This document shows, piece after piece, positions 22,570-32,403 of a stretch of DNA of 64,000 bases; positions within the stretch are counted from its first letter, which is position 1, and each line of letters opens with the position of its first letter. The translations under genes and the position numbers were made by a program. The stretch is from Candidatus Eiseniibacteriota bacterium (GTDB lineage Bacteria > Eisenbacteria > RBG-16-71-46 > SZUA-252). The notes beneath the pieces were generated by a model. That model was not told where the DNA came from. It was given only the letters and a program-made list of their open reading frames with translations, and searched no databases. Location: contig OY969801.1 of the NCBI GenBank assembly GCA_963703225.1, forward strand, positions 2,016,001-2,080,000, in the 5' to 3' direction.

Positions 22570-23592
22570 TCACTGTCGCCTACCCTTTCGCCCCAAATCC
22601 CTACCCTCGGTCGGTCCAGCCCCCACCATTTCCAAAGTAAGATGCTGCCTTACAACGAAATATGTGCCGAGGAGCAGGGGTGGGAGGATCTGCGTGACGT
22701 GATAGAGGATCGCGAAGGCGAGCGCCTGTGGCCCGGTCACCCCCAATATGGACAGTCCGAGGACGCAGGCTCCTTCCATGACGCCCAGAAAGCCAGGGGA
22801 GGCGGGGACGGATATGCCGACGCAGACCACAAAGGTCAGCAGAAAGATCGACCAGAAGGGCAGCCGAATCCCGAGGCTCTCGCCCACAAAGAGAAAGACC
22901 GTGCCGCTCGCCAACCAAAGGGCGACCGACCAGGCGGCCGCGCGGGCAAGCAAGGCAGGCCGCCCTGCCACCGAGAGTCCCGCGCCGAATGCCGGTATTG
23001 AGGAGGCGACGGCCCGCCCCAAAGGGCCCGGCAGGCGCGCGAAGAACGGGTGGCGGCTCCATGCTCCGGTGCGCTCCCTCGTCGCGTGGAGGAGCCAGAG
23101 GAGAAAGCCGACGACGACGCTGGCTCCGACCGTGATGTAGCCGCTCCACCGATACCACGCGGGAACCGACGCGAAGAGCAGGGAGAGCGCCCAAATCGTC
23201 CCGAGCATGATCAGGTCGAAAATCCGCTCGACGGCGAGAGAGCCCAGGACCGTGGCGGTCGGAATCTTCTCGGTCCGCGCGAGGACGTAGGCGCGCACAA
23301 GCTCGCCGAGCCGGGCGGGCAGCGTGTTGATGGCCAGAAATCCGACCATCATGGCGCTGAAGAGCCGCGCGAAGGGCGGCTCGGCTCGAGGCAAGAGGAT
23401 CTCGCGCCAGCGGAGGGTGCGCAGATAGTAGACGAGCAGCGTCACGAGGGTTCCCCCGAGGACCCATCCGGGGGACGCGCCCGCCAGGGCATGGAGCGCC
23501 TCCGAGAGGTTGATCGAGCGGACGAGGAAATAGACGGCGGCGGCGCTCAGCGCGAGGCCGAGCGCCAGAAGCAGGAGCCGCGATCGGCTCAT
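22570..23592 (-). CDS. Lysylphosphatidylglycerol-synthase-TM / flippase-like membrane protein
   Basis: R.LRW..IL, GFLAIN.LPARLGELVRAY, ERIFD, P.SPG.LG..E motifs; about 8 TM helices. Confidence 0.85.
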   Translation of the reverse strand: MSRSRLLLLALGLALSAAAVYFLVRSINLSEALHALAGASPGWVLGGTLVTLLVYYLRTLRWREILLPRAEPPFARLFSAMMVGFLAINTLPARLGELVRAYVLARTEKIPTATVLGSLAVERIFDLIMLGTIWALSLLFASVPAWYRWSGYITVGASVVVGFLLWLLHATRERTGAWSRHPFFARLPGPLGRAVASSIPAFGAGLSVAGRPALLARAAAWSVALWLASGTVFLFVGESLGIRLPFWSIFLLTFVVCVGISVPASPGFLGVMEGACVLGLSILGVTGPQALAFAILYHVTQILPPLLLGTYFVVRQHLTLEMVGAGPTEGRDLGRKGRRQ

Positions 23593-24551
23593 CGTCCTGG
23601 GCGGGGTGCTCGCGCGAGGTAGAGCGCCGCGACGAGGGGGATCCAGAGCTCGTGGGGGCCCACGAACGAATACCCCTTCCCTCCCGCCACGAGCGGGCGC
23701 TCGAGGATGTTCTTCTCCGGGCGATAGTGGCGGATCTGATCGAAATTCGCGGCGACGAATCGGCTCGCTTCGTGCCCCAGGTTTCGGACGGTCGAGAGCG
23801 CCTTGAGAAATACCTCCGGCAGAATCACCGCCGAGCCAAAGTTCAGGATCGCGCCCCCTTCCAGATCGCGAAGCGCGGCGGCGAAGATTCGAAAATCGCG
23901 GTGCGTGGCGAGGCCGGTCGCCGCCCCGTCGAAGGATGGATGCTGGTGGATGGTATCGGTCCCGATCGCGACGTGGACCGTGAGCGGCAATCCGAGCGTC
24001 GCGGCCCGGGCCAGGATGCTCAGCGAGGCGTTCGGGGCATCCGCCTCGTTCAGGAATTCCCCGAGCGCCTCCCCCATCCCCAGGCCCCGTTCCGCGCCGT
24101 CGTTCACCGCCTGGTTCATGAGCGCGGGGGTCTCCTCCACGAGGCCGAATTGTCCCGTGCCGAGGGTTTCCTCGACCGGCTCGGAGGTCTGCCCGAAGAG
24201 CGCGATTTCGAAATCGTGGATCGCGGCCGCTCCGTTCAACGCGACGGCTGAGAACGCGCCCACGTCGAGGAGCGCCAGCAAAGGTCGTTGGACGCCGGTC
24301 TTGATGACGTGCCCGCCGAGCATCGCGACCGCGGGGCGGCCGTCGGCGCGGGCGACGACCCAGGCTTGCATGAAATCCCGAAGGGCCGAGCCCGCGAGCA
24401 GATCGGGGAGAAACTGTTCCAGCGATCCGATCGGCGAGCTTGGATCGGGGGCCGGGGCGAACTGCTCGATCCGCACCTTCGAAGGGCGCTTCTCGACCGG
24501 GACGGTTTTGACGGAGCGGAGGTCGATCTCGGGGTGGCGGCTCACCGTCAT
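23589..24551 (-). CDS. Conserved hypothetical protein, deoxyhypusine-synthase-like fold
   Basis: GGHVIK.G, NGAAAIHDFE, VHVAIGTD..H, GSAVILPEVFLKA, GPHE..IP motifs; 4-nt overlap with the downstream gene. Confidence 0.55.
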   Translation of the reverse strand: MTVSRHPEIDLRSVKTVPVEKRPSKVRIEQFAPAPDPSSPIGSLEQFLPDLLAGSALRDFMQAWVVARADGRPAVAMLGGHVIKTGVQRPLLALLDVGAFSAVALNGAAAIHDFEIALFGQTSEPVEETLGTGQFGLVEETPALMNQAVNDGAERGLGMGEALGEFLNEADAPNASLSILARAATLGLPLTVHVAIGTDTIHQHPSFDGAATGLATHRDFRIFAAALRDLEGGAILNFGSAVILPEVFLKALSTVRNLGHEASRFVAANFDQIRHYRPEKNILERPLVAGGKGYSFVGPHELWIPLVAALYLARAPRPGR

Positions 24552-24555
24552 TCGC

Positions 24556-25368
24556 TCACTGCTTCGCCTGGAACGAGAGGCGCATGTCGGTCAGCGTCAC
24601 CGAAATCGATCCGATCGGCACCTTGCTCTTCACGAGTACCGGAATCCTCCGCTCGTCGTCCGAGAGCCAGACATAGATGCTCCCCTTGGATCGGAACACG
24701 CCCTCGGACTTTAGCAGAGGTTCGACCAGGACGCAGTTAAAGGTCCCCGCCGGGACCTGAATTCGTTCCCTCTTTAGTACTTTGACCTCCATCTGGTAGC
24801 TCTTCTTGTTGTCGTGGGTCGGGATCACGAGCGTCGCACCGTCCGGAAGCGGCAGGGTCCGGACATAGTAGAACGCGGATAGCACGTCGTGCACCCGGGC
24901 CGGCACGTCGAACGACGCGCCGTCGGCATAGACGGCCTTCATGGCCTCCTGATCAAAGCGGATCTCGGTGTCCTGCTTGTACGAGCCCTCCCGAAGGTGC
25001 TTGACGAAGCGGCGGGTGAAGAGGGATTCGGCGTCGACGTAGCTCTCCGCGCGATCCCGCACCTTGTAGAACTTGGAGACGAACGAGTTCGACTCGGCTT
25101 TGGTGACGATTCGATAGACCCGGCGGCCGTCGAGCCGCTGAATGTTCTGAACCTGCATGAGGGAGTTCCCGCCGTTCAGGCCGTTCCAGTCGATCGCGAA
25201 CTGGAAATACTCCCCAATCTGCCACGGGACCGGCGTCGTCCCCACGGGGACCGGCGTCGTCCCCACGGGAGCGGTTGCCTGGACGGAGTCCTCCGGCGCC
25301 GCGCCGAGGGGTGCTAAGAGGATCAACGCGAGCCCGACGCGGAGGCCGACGCGGGCGCGGTCAGGCAC
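24556..25368 (-). CDS. DUF3108-family exported protein
   Basis: Signal peptide; GE...F...W, FYKVRD..ES, D.LSAFYYVR, VPAGTF, W.SDD..RIPV motifs. Confidence 0.75.
   Translation of the reverse strand: MPDRARVGLRVGLALILLAPLGAAPEDSVQATAPVGTTPVPVGTTPVPWQIGEYFQFAIDWNGLNGGNSLMQVQNIQRLDGRRVYRIVTKAESNSFVSKFYKVRDRAESYVDAESLFTRRFVKHLREGSYKQDTEIRFDQEAMKAVYADGASFDVPARVHDVLSAFYYVRTLPLPDGATLVIPTHDNKKSYQMEVKVLKRERIQVPAGTFNCVLVEPLLKSEGVFRSKGSIYVWLSDDERRIPVLVKSKVPIGSISVTLTDMRLSFQAKQ
25226..25267. repeat. Perfect 21-nt tandem duplication (PVGTTPV x2) in the DUF3108 linker
   Basis: gggaccggcgtcgtccccacg occurs twice. Confidence 0.9.
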
Positions 25369-26152
25369 GACGCCGGGCCTGGGTCGCGATCGCCGCGTCG
25401 ACGACCATCCACCCCAGGCTCTCCAACCCGCCGCGCAGGAGCCGAAGCGGGCGTGGGGCGTCCATGGTCGTGGCCGCGAAGAGCGGGAAGAACTGGTCGG
25501 TCGCGTAGAGGGTGACCCGCGGGATGAATGGCCTGCCGTCGGGCGGTCGAGAGCCGCCGGCCGTGGCGCCGAACATCAGCCGGTATCCCGCCCGGCGTGC
25601 CGCGGCGGCGACCCGTGCGTCGGTCGCCCCCCACGGGTAGGCGATCCCATCCACCTTCTGTCCGGAAAGCCGACGCAAAAGCTCCCTCGAGCGAACGAGC
25701 TCATCCTCGAGCGAAGCGTTGGAGAGAGTCGTCATCTTGGAATGGGTCATCCCATGCGAGCCGATGGTCACGCCCTCCTGGGCAAGCCGCCTCACCTCGT
25801 CGGAGGTCAGGTGGTCTTCTCGCCGGGCCATCCAGGGGAGATCCCAAACATTGCGGAGGCCCAACCTCCCTGCCAATACGAACACGGTCCAGGGGAGGGC
25901 GAGTTCCCGCAGGAGGGGGCTCAGGTGGTCGATTTGGCTCTTGTAGCCATCATCCGCCGTCAGCGCGACCGTCCCCGCGGGAGGGCCCGACGGGCCCATC
26001 TCGTCGAGCCCGACGAACCGGTACCCCTGCTCGCGAAGCGCCAAGAGGATTCGCCGAAGCGCGGGAGTGGACGTACCCATCGGCGCGGTGGCCAACCGCG
26101 CGGGCGTCTGATGGAGCGCGAGGACCAGCGATCCGCGCACGATTCTGCTCAT
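25361..26152 (-). CDS. Polysaccharide deacetylase (CE4/NodB)
   Basis: LT(A)DDGY, IGSHGMTH, AYPWG motifs; ATG 26152 overlaps the dut stop codon. Confidence 0.85.
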   Translation of the reverse strand: MSRIVRGSLVLALHQTPARLATAPMGTSTPALRRILLALREQGYRFVGLDEMGPSGPPAGTVALTADDGYKSQIDHLSPLLRELALPWTVFVLAGRLGLRNVWDLPWMARREDHLTSDEVRRLAQEGVTIGSHGMTHSKMTTLSNASLEDELVRSRELLRRLSGQKVDGIAYPWGATDARVAAAARRAGYRLMFGATAGGSRPPDGRPFIPRVTLYATDQFFPLFAATTMDAPRPLRLLRGGLESLGWMVVDAAIATQARRRA

Positions 26153-26595
26153 CGCCCCGTGTGGCCGAAGCCCCCATCCCCCCTCGCGGTCGCGCCCAGG
26201 GCGGACGACACGTGGAGGGTGGCCCGGGCCACGGGCGCGAAGACCAGCTGCGCGATGCGGTCGCCCCGCTGGACCCGATAGGGTCGGGTGCCGAAATTGA
26301 CGAGGAGCACCTTCACCTCCCCGCGGTAGTCGGCGTCGATGGTCCCGGGCGCGTTCGGTACACCGATCGCGTGGCGAGCCGCCAGACCGCTCCGGGCGCG
26401 GATCTGCCCTTCGTAGCCGGGGGGGATTTCGACCCGGAGCCCCGTGGGGATCGAAACCACTTCTCCCGGGGCGATCTCGACCTCCGACTCGAGCGCGGCC
26501 ACCAGATCGAGTCCGGACGCGAGGTCCGACTGGTACTCGGGAGCGGCGACCGCGTGGTCTTCCAAGACAACCCGCACGTCGATCGCTCCGCTCAC
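26149..26595 (-). CDS. dut: dUTP diphosphatase
   Basis: SGLDL, RSGLA, GTIDADYRGE, RIAQLV, RGDGGFGHTG motifs. Confidence 0.97.
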   Translation of the reverse strand: MSGAIDVRVVLEDHAVAAPEYQSDLASGLDLVAALESEVEIAPGEVVSIPTGLRVEIPPGYEGQIRARSGLAARHAIGVPNAPGTIDADYRGEVKVLLVNFGTRPYRVQRGDRIAQLVFAPVARATLHVSSALGATARGDGGFGHTGR

Positions 26596-27875
26596 GCCGC
26601 GGCCCCCGAGACGAGGTCGGCATCCTCGAAGATCCGCTCCCCGCCCGAGCCAAGCGCCACCAGGCAGAGACGGTCGCGAGAGAGAATCTCACCGGCCACG
26701 CGGCGAACGTCCGCCGCCGTGATGCGATCGACGGACGCGATCATCTCGTCGACGGAAACGTCGCGGCCGGCGTACATCTCGGAGCGCGCGAGCCGGCTCA
26801 TCTGGTTGGCCGTGCTCTCCAGCCCCAGGAGGAGATTCCCTTTGAGCTGCGCTTTGCACGAGGCCAATTCATCATCGGGAATCGTCTCCTCCGCGGCGCG
26901 GCTGAACTCCTCCAGCGTGAGCTGGAGGGCGCGTCGGCCGTGCGACGGCTGGACGCTCATGGAAGCGCAGAAGATTCCGGCGTCGCGATAGGAATCGGCG
27001 TAGGTGAACACGGAGTAGGCGAGGCCTTCCTGCTCCCGCACGCGCTGAAAGAGCCGCGAGCTCATGCCGCCGCCCAGCATGGTGGAGACGAGCGCCACCG
27101 CGTAGCGGTCCGGGTGCTCGTGCGGACATCCCGCCGCGCCGATGCAGAGGTAGAGCTGCGTCAGATCCTTGATGTGGTGGGCGACCCCGCGGCCGTTCGG
27201 CGTCATCAGAGCGGCCTGAAGCGGCGGCCCGGCCGGCGCCGAGGCGAACTTCTCGGAGACCGTCGCGACGACCTGCTCCCAGTCGAAGCGGCCCGCCACC
27301 GAGATGAGGATGTTCGGCGCCGTGTAGTAGCGCGCGTGGTAGGCACGGATCGCCTCCGGGGTGAACGCGGTGACCGATCCGACGCTTCCCAGGATCCGGT
27401 TGCCGAGAGGGTGCCCCCTCCAGACGAGCTCGGAAAAGAGGTCGTGGACCCGATCGTCGGGGGTGTCGTCGTAGTTGTGGATCTCCTCGACGATGACCCC
27501 CTTTTCCTTGTCGATGTCGACGGGATCGAGCCGAGGGCGGAGCGCCAGGTCGGCGAGGACATCGACCGCCAGGTCAAAATGCTCTTCGAGCACCCTCGCG
27601 TTGAAGCAGGTGGCCTCCCGGCCGGTGAATGCGTCCAGGTGGCCGCCCACCGACTCGATCGCGAGCGCGATCTCGAGAGCGTCCCTTCCATGGGTCCCCT
27701 TGAAAACCATGTGCTCCAGGAAATGGGTCATCCCGGAATCGGGGGGCGACTCGTGGCGCGCGCCCACGCGCACCCAGGTCCCGACCGCGACCGATCGCAC
27801 GGAGCTCATCCGCTCCCCCACGATCGTGATCCCGGAGGGGAGAACGGCGCGGGCGAACCGACTTTCGTTGCTCAG
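26592..27875 (-). CDS. M16 (pitrilysin-family) zinc peptidase
   Basis: HFLEH inverted zinc motif; LGGGMSSRLFQ.VRE..GLAYSV. Start placed at CTG 27875 so as to include LPSGITIVGE (first conventional start is 27821). Confidence 0.9.
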   Translation of the reverse strand: MSNESRFARAVLPSGITIVGERMSSVRSVAVGTWVRVGARHESPPDSGMTHFLEHMVFKGTHGRDALEIALAIESVGGHLDAFTGREATCFNARVLEEHFDLAVDVLADLALRPRLDPVDIDKEKGVIVEEIHNYDDTPDDRVHDLFSELVWRGHPLGNRILGSVGSVTAFTPEAIRAYHARYYTAPNILISVAGRFDWEQVVATVSEKFASAPAGPPLQAALMTPNGRGVAHHIKDLTQLYLCIGAAGCPHEHPDRYAVALVSTMLGGGMSSRLFQRVREQEGLAYSVFTYADSYRDAGIFCASMSVQPSHGRRALQLTLEEFSRAAEETIPDDELASCKAQLKGNLLLGLESTANQMSRLARSEMYAGRDVSVDEMIASVDRITAADVRRVAGEILSRDRLCLVALGSGGERIFEDADLVSGAAA

Positions 27876-30058
27876 CGGCGCGACGGCTCCGGCCGGCGGC
27901 GCCGATCGCCGCCATTGCCCCCATCCCGACCGCCACCACGTCCACCCCGGGGCTCCGCGGCGGGCACCACGGGGTCGTTCTCATGCCCCGGCAGCGCCTG
28001 CTTGCGGCTGAGCTTGATCTTCCCCTCGCGGTCGATCCCGATCACCTTGACGAGGACCGTATCTCCCTCGTTGATGACGTCCTCCACACGCTCGACCCGC
28101 TTAGGCTCGAGCTCCGAGATGTGGACGAGGCCGTCCTTGCCGGGGGAGATCTCGACGAAGGCTCCGAACGGAACCACGCGGCGGACCACACCCTGGTAGA
28201 TGCGGCCGATCTCCGGATCCTCGGTGATCGATCGAATGATTTCGCGGGCGCGGTCGCCGTCGGCGCCGCTGAAGGCCGCGATCCGGACCTCTCCGGTGTC
28301 CTCGATGTCGATCTGGGTTCCGGTCTCCGCGCTGATCTTCTTGATCATCTTGCCCCCGGGCCCGATCACTTCGCGGATCTTGTCGGGGTCGATCATCATG
28401 ATGTAGATCCGCGGCGCGTACGGCGAGAGCTCCGGCCGCGGCTTGGCGAGGGTGGCCTCCATGACGTCGAGGAGGTGCATCCGCGCCTTGCGCGCCTTCT
28501 CGAGGGCGTCGGCCATCAGCTGGTAGGAGACGCCCGCGATCTTGATGTCCATCTGGAGGGCCGTGATTCCGGTGCGGGTCCCGGCCACCTTGAAGTCCAT
28601 GTCGCCGAGGTGATCTTCCACGCCCTGGATGTCGGTCAGGATCGCGAATTGCTCGCCTTCCTTGACCAAGCCCATCGCCACGCCGGCGACGTGCGCCTTG
28701 ATCGGCACGCCGGCGTCCATCAGCGACAGACTTCCGCCGCAGACGGTGGCCATCGAGGAGGAGCCGTTCGACTCGAGAATGTCCGAGACGATCCGGATGG
28801 TGTAGGGGAAGTCGATGTCGGTGGGGATCAGTGGCTCGATGGCGCGCTCCGCGAGGGCGCCGTGCCCGATCTCCCGGCGGCCCGGCCCGCGGAAGGGCCG
28901 CACCTCGCCGACGCTGTAGGGCGGGAAGTTGTAGTGGAGCATGTAGCTCTTCCAGCTCTGCCCTTCCAGCTCCTCGACCCGCTGCTCGTCCACCTTGGTG
29001 CCGAGCGTGGCGACGACCAGAGCCTGGGTCTGGCCGCGCGTGAAGATCGCCGAGCCGTGGGTTCTGGGAAGGACGCCGGTTTCGCACGTCACGTTCCTCA
29101 TGTCGTCGAACCCGCGGCCGTCCGGCCGGCGCTTCTCGCCCACGATCAGGCGGCGGACTTCCTTCTCCTCGAGGTCGGCGATCACGTGCTTCACGGTCTT
29201 CGCGGACCCGGCATGCGACTCCTCGAACAGCGCGACCGCCTCCGACAGGACCGCGTCGAGCGCGTCTTGCCGCGCCTTCTTCTCGGGCAGCTTGTTCGCG
29301 GTCTTGACCTTTTCACCATAGGCCGCCGCGATCAACTTGACGAGCGCCTCGTCCCGATGCGGCAGGGGGAACGCCCGCTTGGGCTTCCCGACGCGCGCCT
29401 TGAGCTCGTGCTGGAGCTTGTTCAACGCACGGATCGCCTCGTGCGCGAACTCCAGCGCTTCCACGATCGTCTTCTCCTGCACCTCCCGCGCGCCGGCCTC
29501 GACCATGACGATGTTGGTGTCGGTGGCCGCCACGACCAGATCGAGGGTCGACTCCTGCAGCTCCTGATGGGTCGGGTTGAGCACGAGCGCGCCTGCGACC
29601 TGCCCCACGCGGACGGCGGAGACGGGCTCCGGGAACGGGATATCCGAGATCATCAACGCGGCCGACGCCCCGGTCACACCGAGGACGTCCGAATCGTTGG
29701 CCTGGTCCGAGGAGAGGACCGTGGTCATGATCTGGATTTCGTTCCGGTAGCCGTCAGGAAAGAGGGGGCGGAGCGGGCGATCGATGAGGCGGCTGCTCAG
29801 GATTTCCTTCTCGGTCGGCCGACCTTCGCGCTTGAAGAATCCGCCCGGGATGCGGCCGGCCGCGTAGGTCTTTTCACGGTACTCCACCGAGAGCGGGAAG
29901 AAGTCTTTGTCGATTGGATCCTTGCTGGCGACCGCCGCGGTCAGCACCACGGTCTCGCCGTACTGGATCCAGGTGGCACCCGAGGCCTGCTTGGCGACCT
30001 TCCCCACTTCGATGAAATAGCGTCGGCCGCCGAGCTCGAGGCTTACGGATTCGGGCAT
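27872..30058 (-). CDS. pnp: Polyribonucleotide nucleotidyltransferase
   Basis: FFPLSVEYRE, RLIDRPLRPLF, RREIGHG, ESNGSSSMA, GDMDFKVAG motifs; KH and S1 domains. Confidence 0.99.
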   Translation of the reverse strand: MPESVSLELGGRRYFIEVGKVAKQASGATWIQYGETVVLTAAVASKDPIDKDFFPLSVEYREKTYAAGRIPGGFFKREGRPTEKEILSSRLIDRPLRPLFPDGYRNEIQIMTTVLSSDQANDSDVLGVTGASAALMISDIPFPEPVSAVRVGQVAGALVLNPTHQELQESTLDLVVAATDTNIVMVEAGAREVQEKTIVEALEFAHEAIRALNKLQHELKARVGKPKRAFPLPHRDEALVKLIAAAYGEKVKTANKLPEKKARQDALDAVLSEAVALFEESHAGSAKTVKHVIADLEEKEVRRLIVGEKRRPDGRGFDDMRNVTCETGVLPRTHGSAIFTRGQTQALVVATLGTKVDEQRVEELEGQSWKSYMLHYNFPPYSVGEVRPFRGPGRREIGHGALAERAIEPLIPTDIDFPYTIRIVSDILESNGSSSMATVCGGSLSLMDAGVPIKAHVAGVAMGLVKEGEQFAILTDIQGVEDHLGDMDFKVAGTRTGITALQMDIKIAGVSYQLMADALEKARKARMHLLDVMEATLAKPRPELSPYAPRIYIMMIDPDKIREVIGPGGKMIKKISAETGTQIDIEDTGEVRIAAFSGADGDRAREIIRSITEDPEIGRIYQGVVRRVVPFGAFVEISPGKDGLVHISELEPKRVERVEDVINEGDTVLVKVIGIDREGKIKLSRKQALPGHENDPVVPAAEPRGGRGGGRDGGNGGDRRRRPEPSRR

Positions 30059-30188
30059 TCTCTTCTCCTTCCACTGACTCTTACGAAAATCATCCGGGCA
30101 CGCCCTGGCGAGCCATGGAGCCAGGCGGGCGCCTCAGGAATGTCTTGGGGAGGAATTGCGGCGAGGTCCGCTTGCGCGGACGAGGAGC

Positions 30189-30467
30189 CTACTTGCGGAG
30201 GCCCAGCTCCTTGACCACCATCCGGTAGCGCTCGACCTTCGTCAACTTTAGATAGTCGAGCAGCCTTCTACGTTGACCTACCATCCGGAGCAGTCCGCGG
30301 CGACTGTGATGGTCCCGCTTGTGCACTTTGAAGTGCTCCGTCAGGTACTTGATTCTTTCTGTGAGGAGGGCGATCTGAACCTCGGCCGACCCGGAATCCG
30401 AGTCGTGGATCTTGAACTGGCCGATCACTTCGCGCTTCCTCTCAGGCGTCAACGGCACCGGTGCCAC
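30189..30467 (-). CDS. rpsO: 30S ribosomal protein S15 (start may be GTG 30458)
   Basis: [18 protein letters not shown]...H..DHHSRRGL. Confidence 0.99.
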   Translation of the reverse strand: MAPVPLTPERKREVIGQFKIHDSDSGSAEVQIALLTERIKYLTEHFKVHKRDHHSRRGLLRMVGQRRRLLDYLKLTKVERYRMVVKELGLRK

Positions 30468-30501
30468 CTCCTTGACTTTCCCTCTCTATGTACGAGCGGG
30501 G

Positions 30502-30529
30502 AATGTAGCATGGGCGTTCGGTTTTTCAA
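30502..30529 (-). promoter_or_regulatory. Putative rpsO promoter
   Basis: TTGAAA-16 nt-TACATT with extended -10 TG. Confidence 0.5.
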
Positions 30530-30550
30530 GGCCCAATCTGTGCTACGGGG

Positions 30551-31474
30551 CTACGGCGCCCGGTCAGCCAACTCTTTGTCGGACCAGTAGGCCCGGGCCT
30601 TCGCCAGGTCGTCGTCCATCGCCCTGACGAGCTCCCGGGGCGAGCTAAATACCGCATCGGCACGAAGCTGCGAGATCAGAAGAGTATTCAGCCGCTCCCC
30701 CCTCAGGCTCCCTACGAAGTCGAGCAGGTGGACCTCCACGCGGATCGGGCCGGGCCCAAAGGTGGCCGCACTCCCGACGTAGGTCATCCCCTTCCATCTC
30801 CGGTCCCCCAATTCGCTGTAGGAAAGGTAGATGCCGGGGGCCGGGAGAAGCTTTTCGGGGTGGATCTCCAAGTTGGCCGTCGGATACCCCAAGCTCGCCC
30901 CTCTGCCGGCGCCGGAGCCGACCCTTCCCTCGAGTCCGTAGGGGCGGCCGATCATGACGGCGGCCCTCTCGACATGCCCTTCCACGATCTCCTTTCGAAG
31001 CAGGGTGCTTGAGATCTTCGAGCCTCCCCGGGTCAGGAGGGGAACCTCGAGCACGTCGAACCCCCGGGCGCTTCCCAAAGCCTCGAGGTAGGCGCGATCC
31101 CCCACGCGTCCCTTTCCCATCTTGAAGTCGTTGCCGATGACGAGCGTCGCAAGAGGAGCGTCCTTGCCCAACACGTGGTCGAGGAAGCCCTCGGGCGAGA
31201 GCGATTGGATCTGGGTGTCGAAGCGGACGATCTCGACCCGATCGACCCCCATCGAGTGAAGGAGCGCGGCTCTCTCTTCGGGCGGCGTGATCCAGGGACG
31301 CGGCGGCGATCCGCGGACGACAGTCTCGGGGTGGGGATCGAACGTGGCCACCCAGGCGGTGCCGCCGTGGCCGCGCGCCGCGGCCACGGTGGCGCCGATC
31401 ACCTCCTGGTGACCCCGGTGGAGGCCGTCGAAGACGCCGATCGTGAGCGCGATCGGTCGCCTGGCGGCCGTCAT
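30551..31474 (-). CDS. ribF: Bifunctional riboflavin kinase/FAD synthetase
   Basis: IGVFDGLHRGH, TFDPHP, ISST, G..LGYPTANL, VEVHLLDF motifs. Confidence 0.96.
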   Translation of the reverse strand: MTAARRPIALTIGVFDGLHRGHQEVIGATVAAARGHGGTAWVATFDPHPETVVRGSPPRPWITPPEERAALLHSMGVDRVEIVRFDTQIQSLSPEGFLDHVLGKDAPLATLVIGNDFKMGKGRVGDRAYLEALGSARGFDVLEVPLLTRGGSKISSTLLRKEIVEGHVERAAVMIGRPYGLEGRVGSGAGRGASLGYPTANLEIHPEKLLPAPGIYLSYSELGDRRWKGMTYVGSAATFGPGPIRVEVHLLDFVGSLRGERLNTLLISQLRADAVFSSPRELVRAMDDDLAKARAYWSDKELADRAP

Positions 31475-32403
31475 GCGCCGACCAAGACCCGCTGGAGCTG
31501 GGCGGGCAGCCCGGCCGACTGCATTTCCCAGGGACGAGCCAAAGCGAGAACGTCGCCTTGGGGATCCGTCAGCGCGAGCGGCCAGCCGCTCTCGCCCGGC
31601 GGAAGAGACCAGCCATTCCGCTGCTCTTCGATCCGATCCCGGTTCAACACTGGGGCTCGGCCGTGCCTGAGTTTGGCGGCCTCATCCGGGTCGAGGCGAA
31701 CGCGGGGGAGAAAGGAGAGCGCCCGGTCGAGCGGCAGCGCGCGGGCCCGGAGCGTTTCGGCGCCGTGTCCGTAGCGTCGGTCGCAGGAGAGCGCCGCGTC
31801 GATCCGAAATGGCCCCGACTCGACGCGGCGGAGCGCGGCCAGGTGCGCCCCCGAGCCCAGGACGGCCCCCAGATCGTGGGCGATCGTGCGGACGTAGGTC
31901 CCTCGGCTCACCGTTAGATCCAGCGTGATCTCAGGGAGCGCCGCGTCCACGAGGGCGAGGTGATAGACCTGCACCGTCCGGTCCTCACGCTCCACGTCGA
32001 TGCCCCGGCGGGCGGCCTTGTAGAGCCGCGTCCCTCCGACCTTGATCGCGGAGTAAAGTGGCGGGCGCTGGCGAATCGTCCCCCGAAATCGCTCGAGCGC
32101 GGCCTCGACCTCGGCGATCGTGGGAACGCGGTCCGATTGCTGGGTCACAACGCCCGTCCGATCCTGCGTGTCGGTCGCCACCCCGAGCCGCGCGCGGGCC
32201 AGATACCGCTTGGGGAGCAGCCCCAGGCATCCCAAGAGCCCGGTCGCGCGACCCTCTCCGACCAAGAGGAGTCCGCTGGCGAAGGGATCGAGCGTCCCCG
32301 CGTGTCCCACGCGGGATTCCCCGAGGACCGCGCGCAGGCGCGCGACCGCGTCGTGGGACGTCCAGCCTTCCGGCTTATCCACGAGGTGGAGGAGGTCCGC
32401 CAT
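31471..32403 (-). CDS. truB: tRNA pseudouridine(55) synthase
   Basis: VDKPEGWTSHD, GHAGTLDPFASG, PPLYSAIK, GTYVRT motifs. Confidence 0.96.
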   Translation of the reverse strand: MADLLHLVDKPEGWTSHDAVARLRAVLGESRVGHAGTLDPFASGLLLVGEGRATGLLGCLGLLPKRYLARARLGVATDTQDRTGVVTQQSDRVPTIAEVEAALERFRGTIRQRPPLYSAIKVGGTRLYKAARRGIDVEREDRTVQVYHLALVDAALPEITLDLTVSRGTYVRTIAHDLGAVLGSGAHLAALRRVESGPFRIDAALSCDRRYGHGAETLRARALPLDRALSFLPRVRLDPDEAAKLRHGRAPVLNRDRIEEQRNGWSLPPGESGWPLALTDPQGDVLALARPWEMQSAGLPAQLQRVLVGA

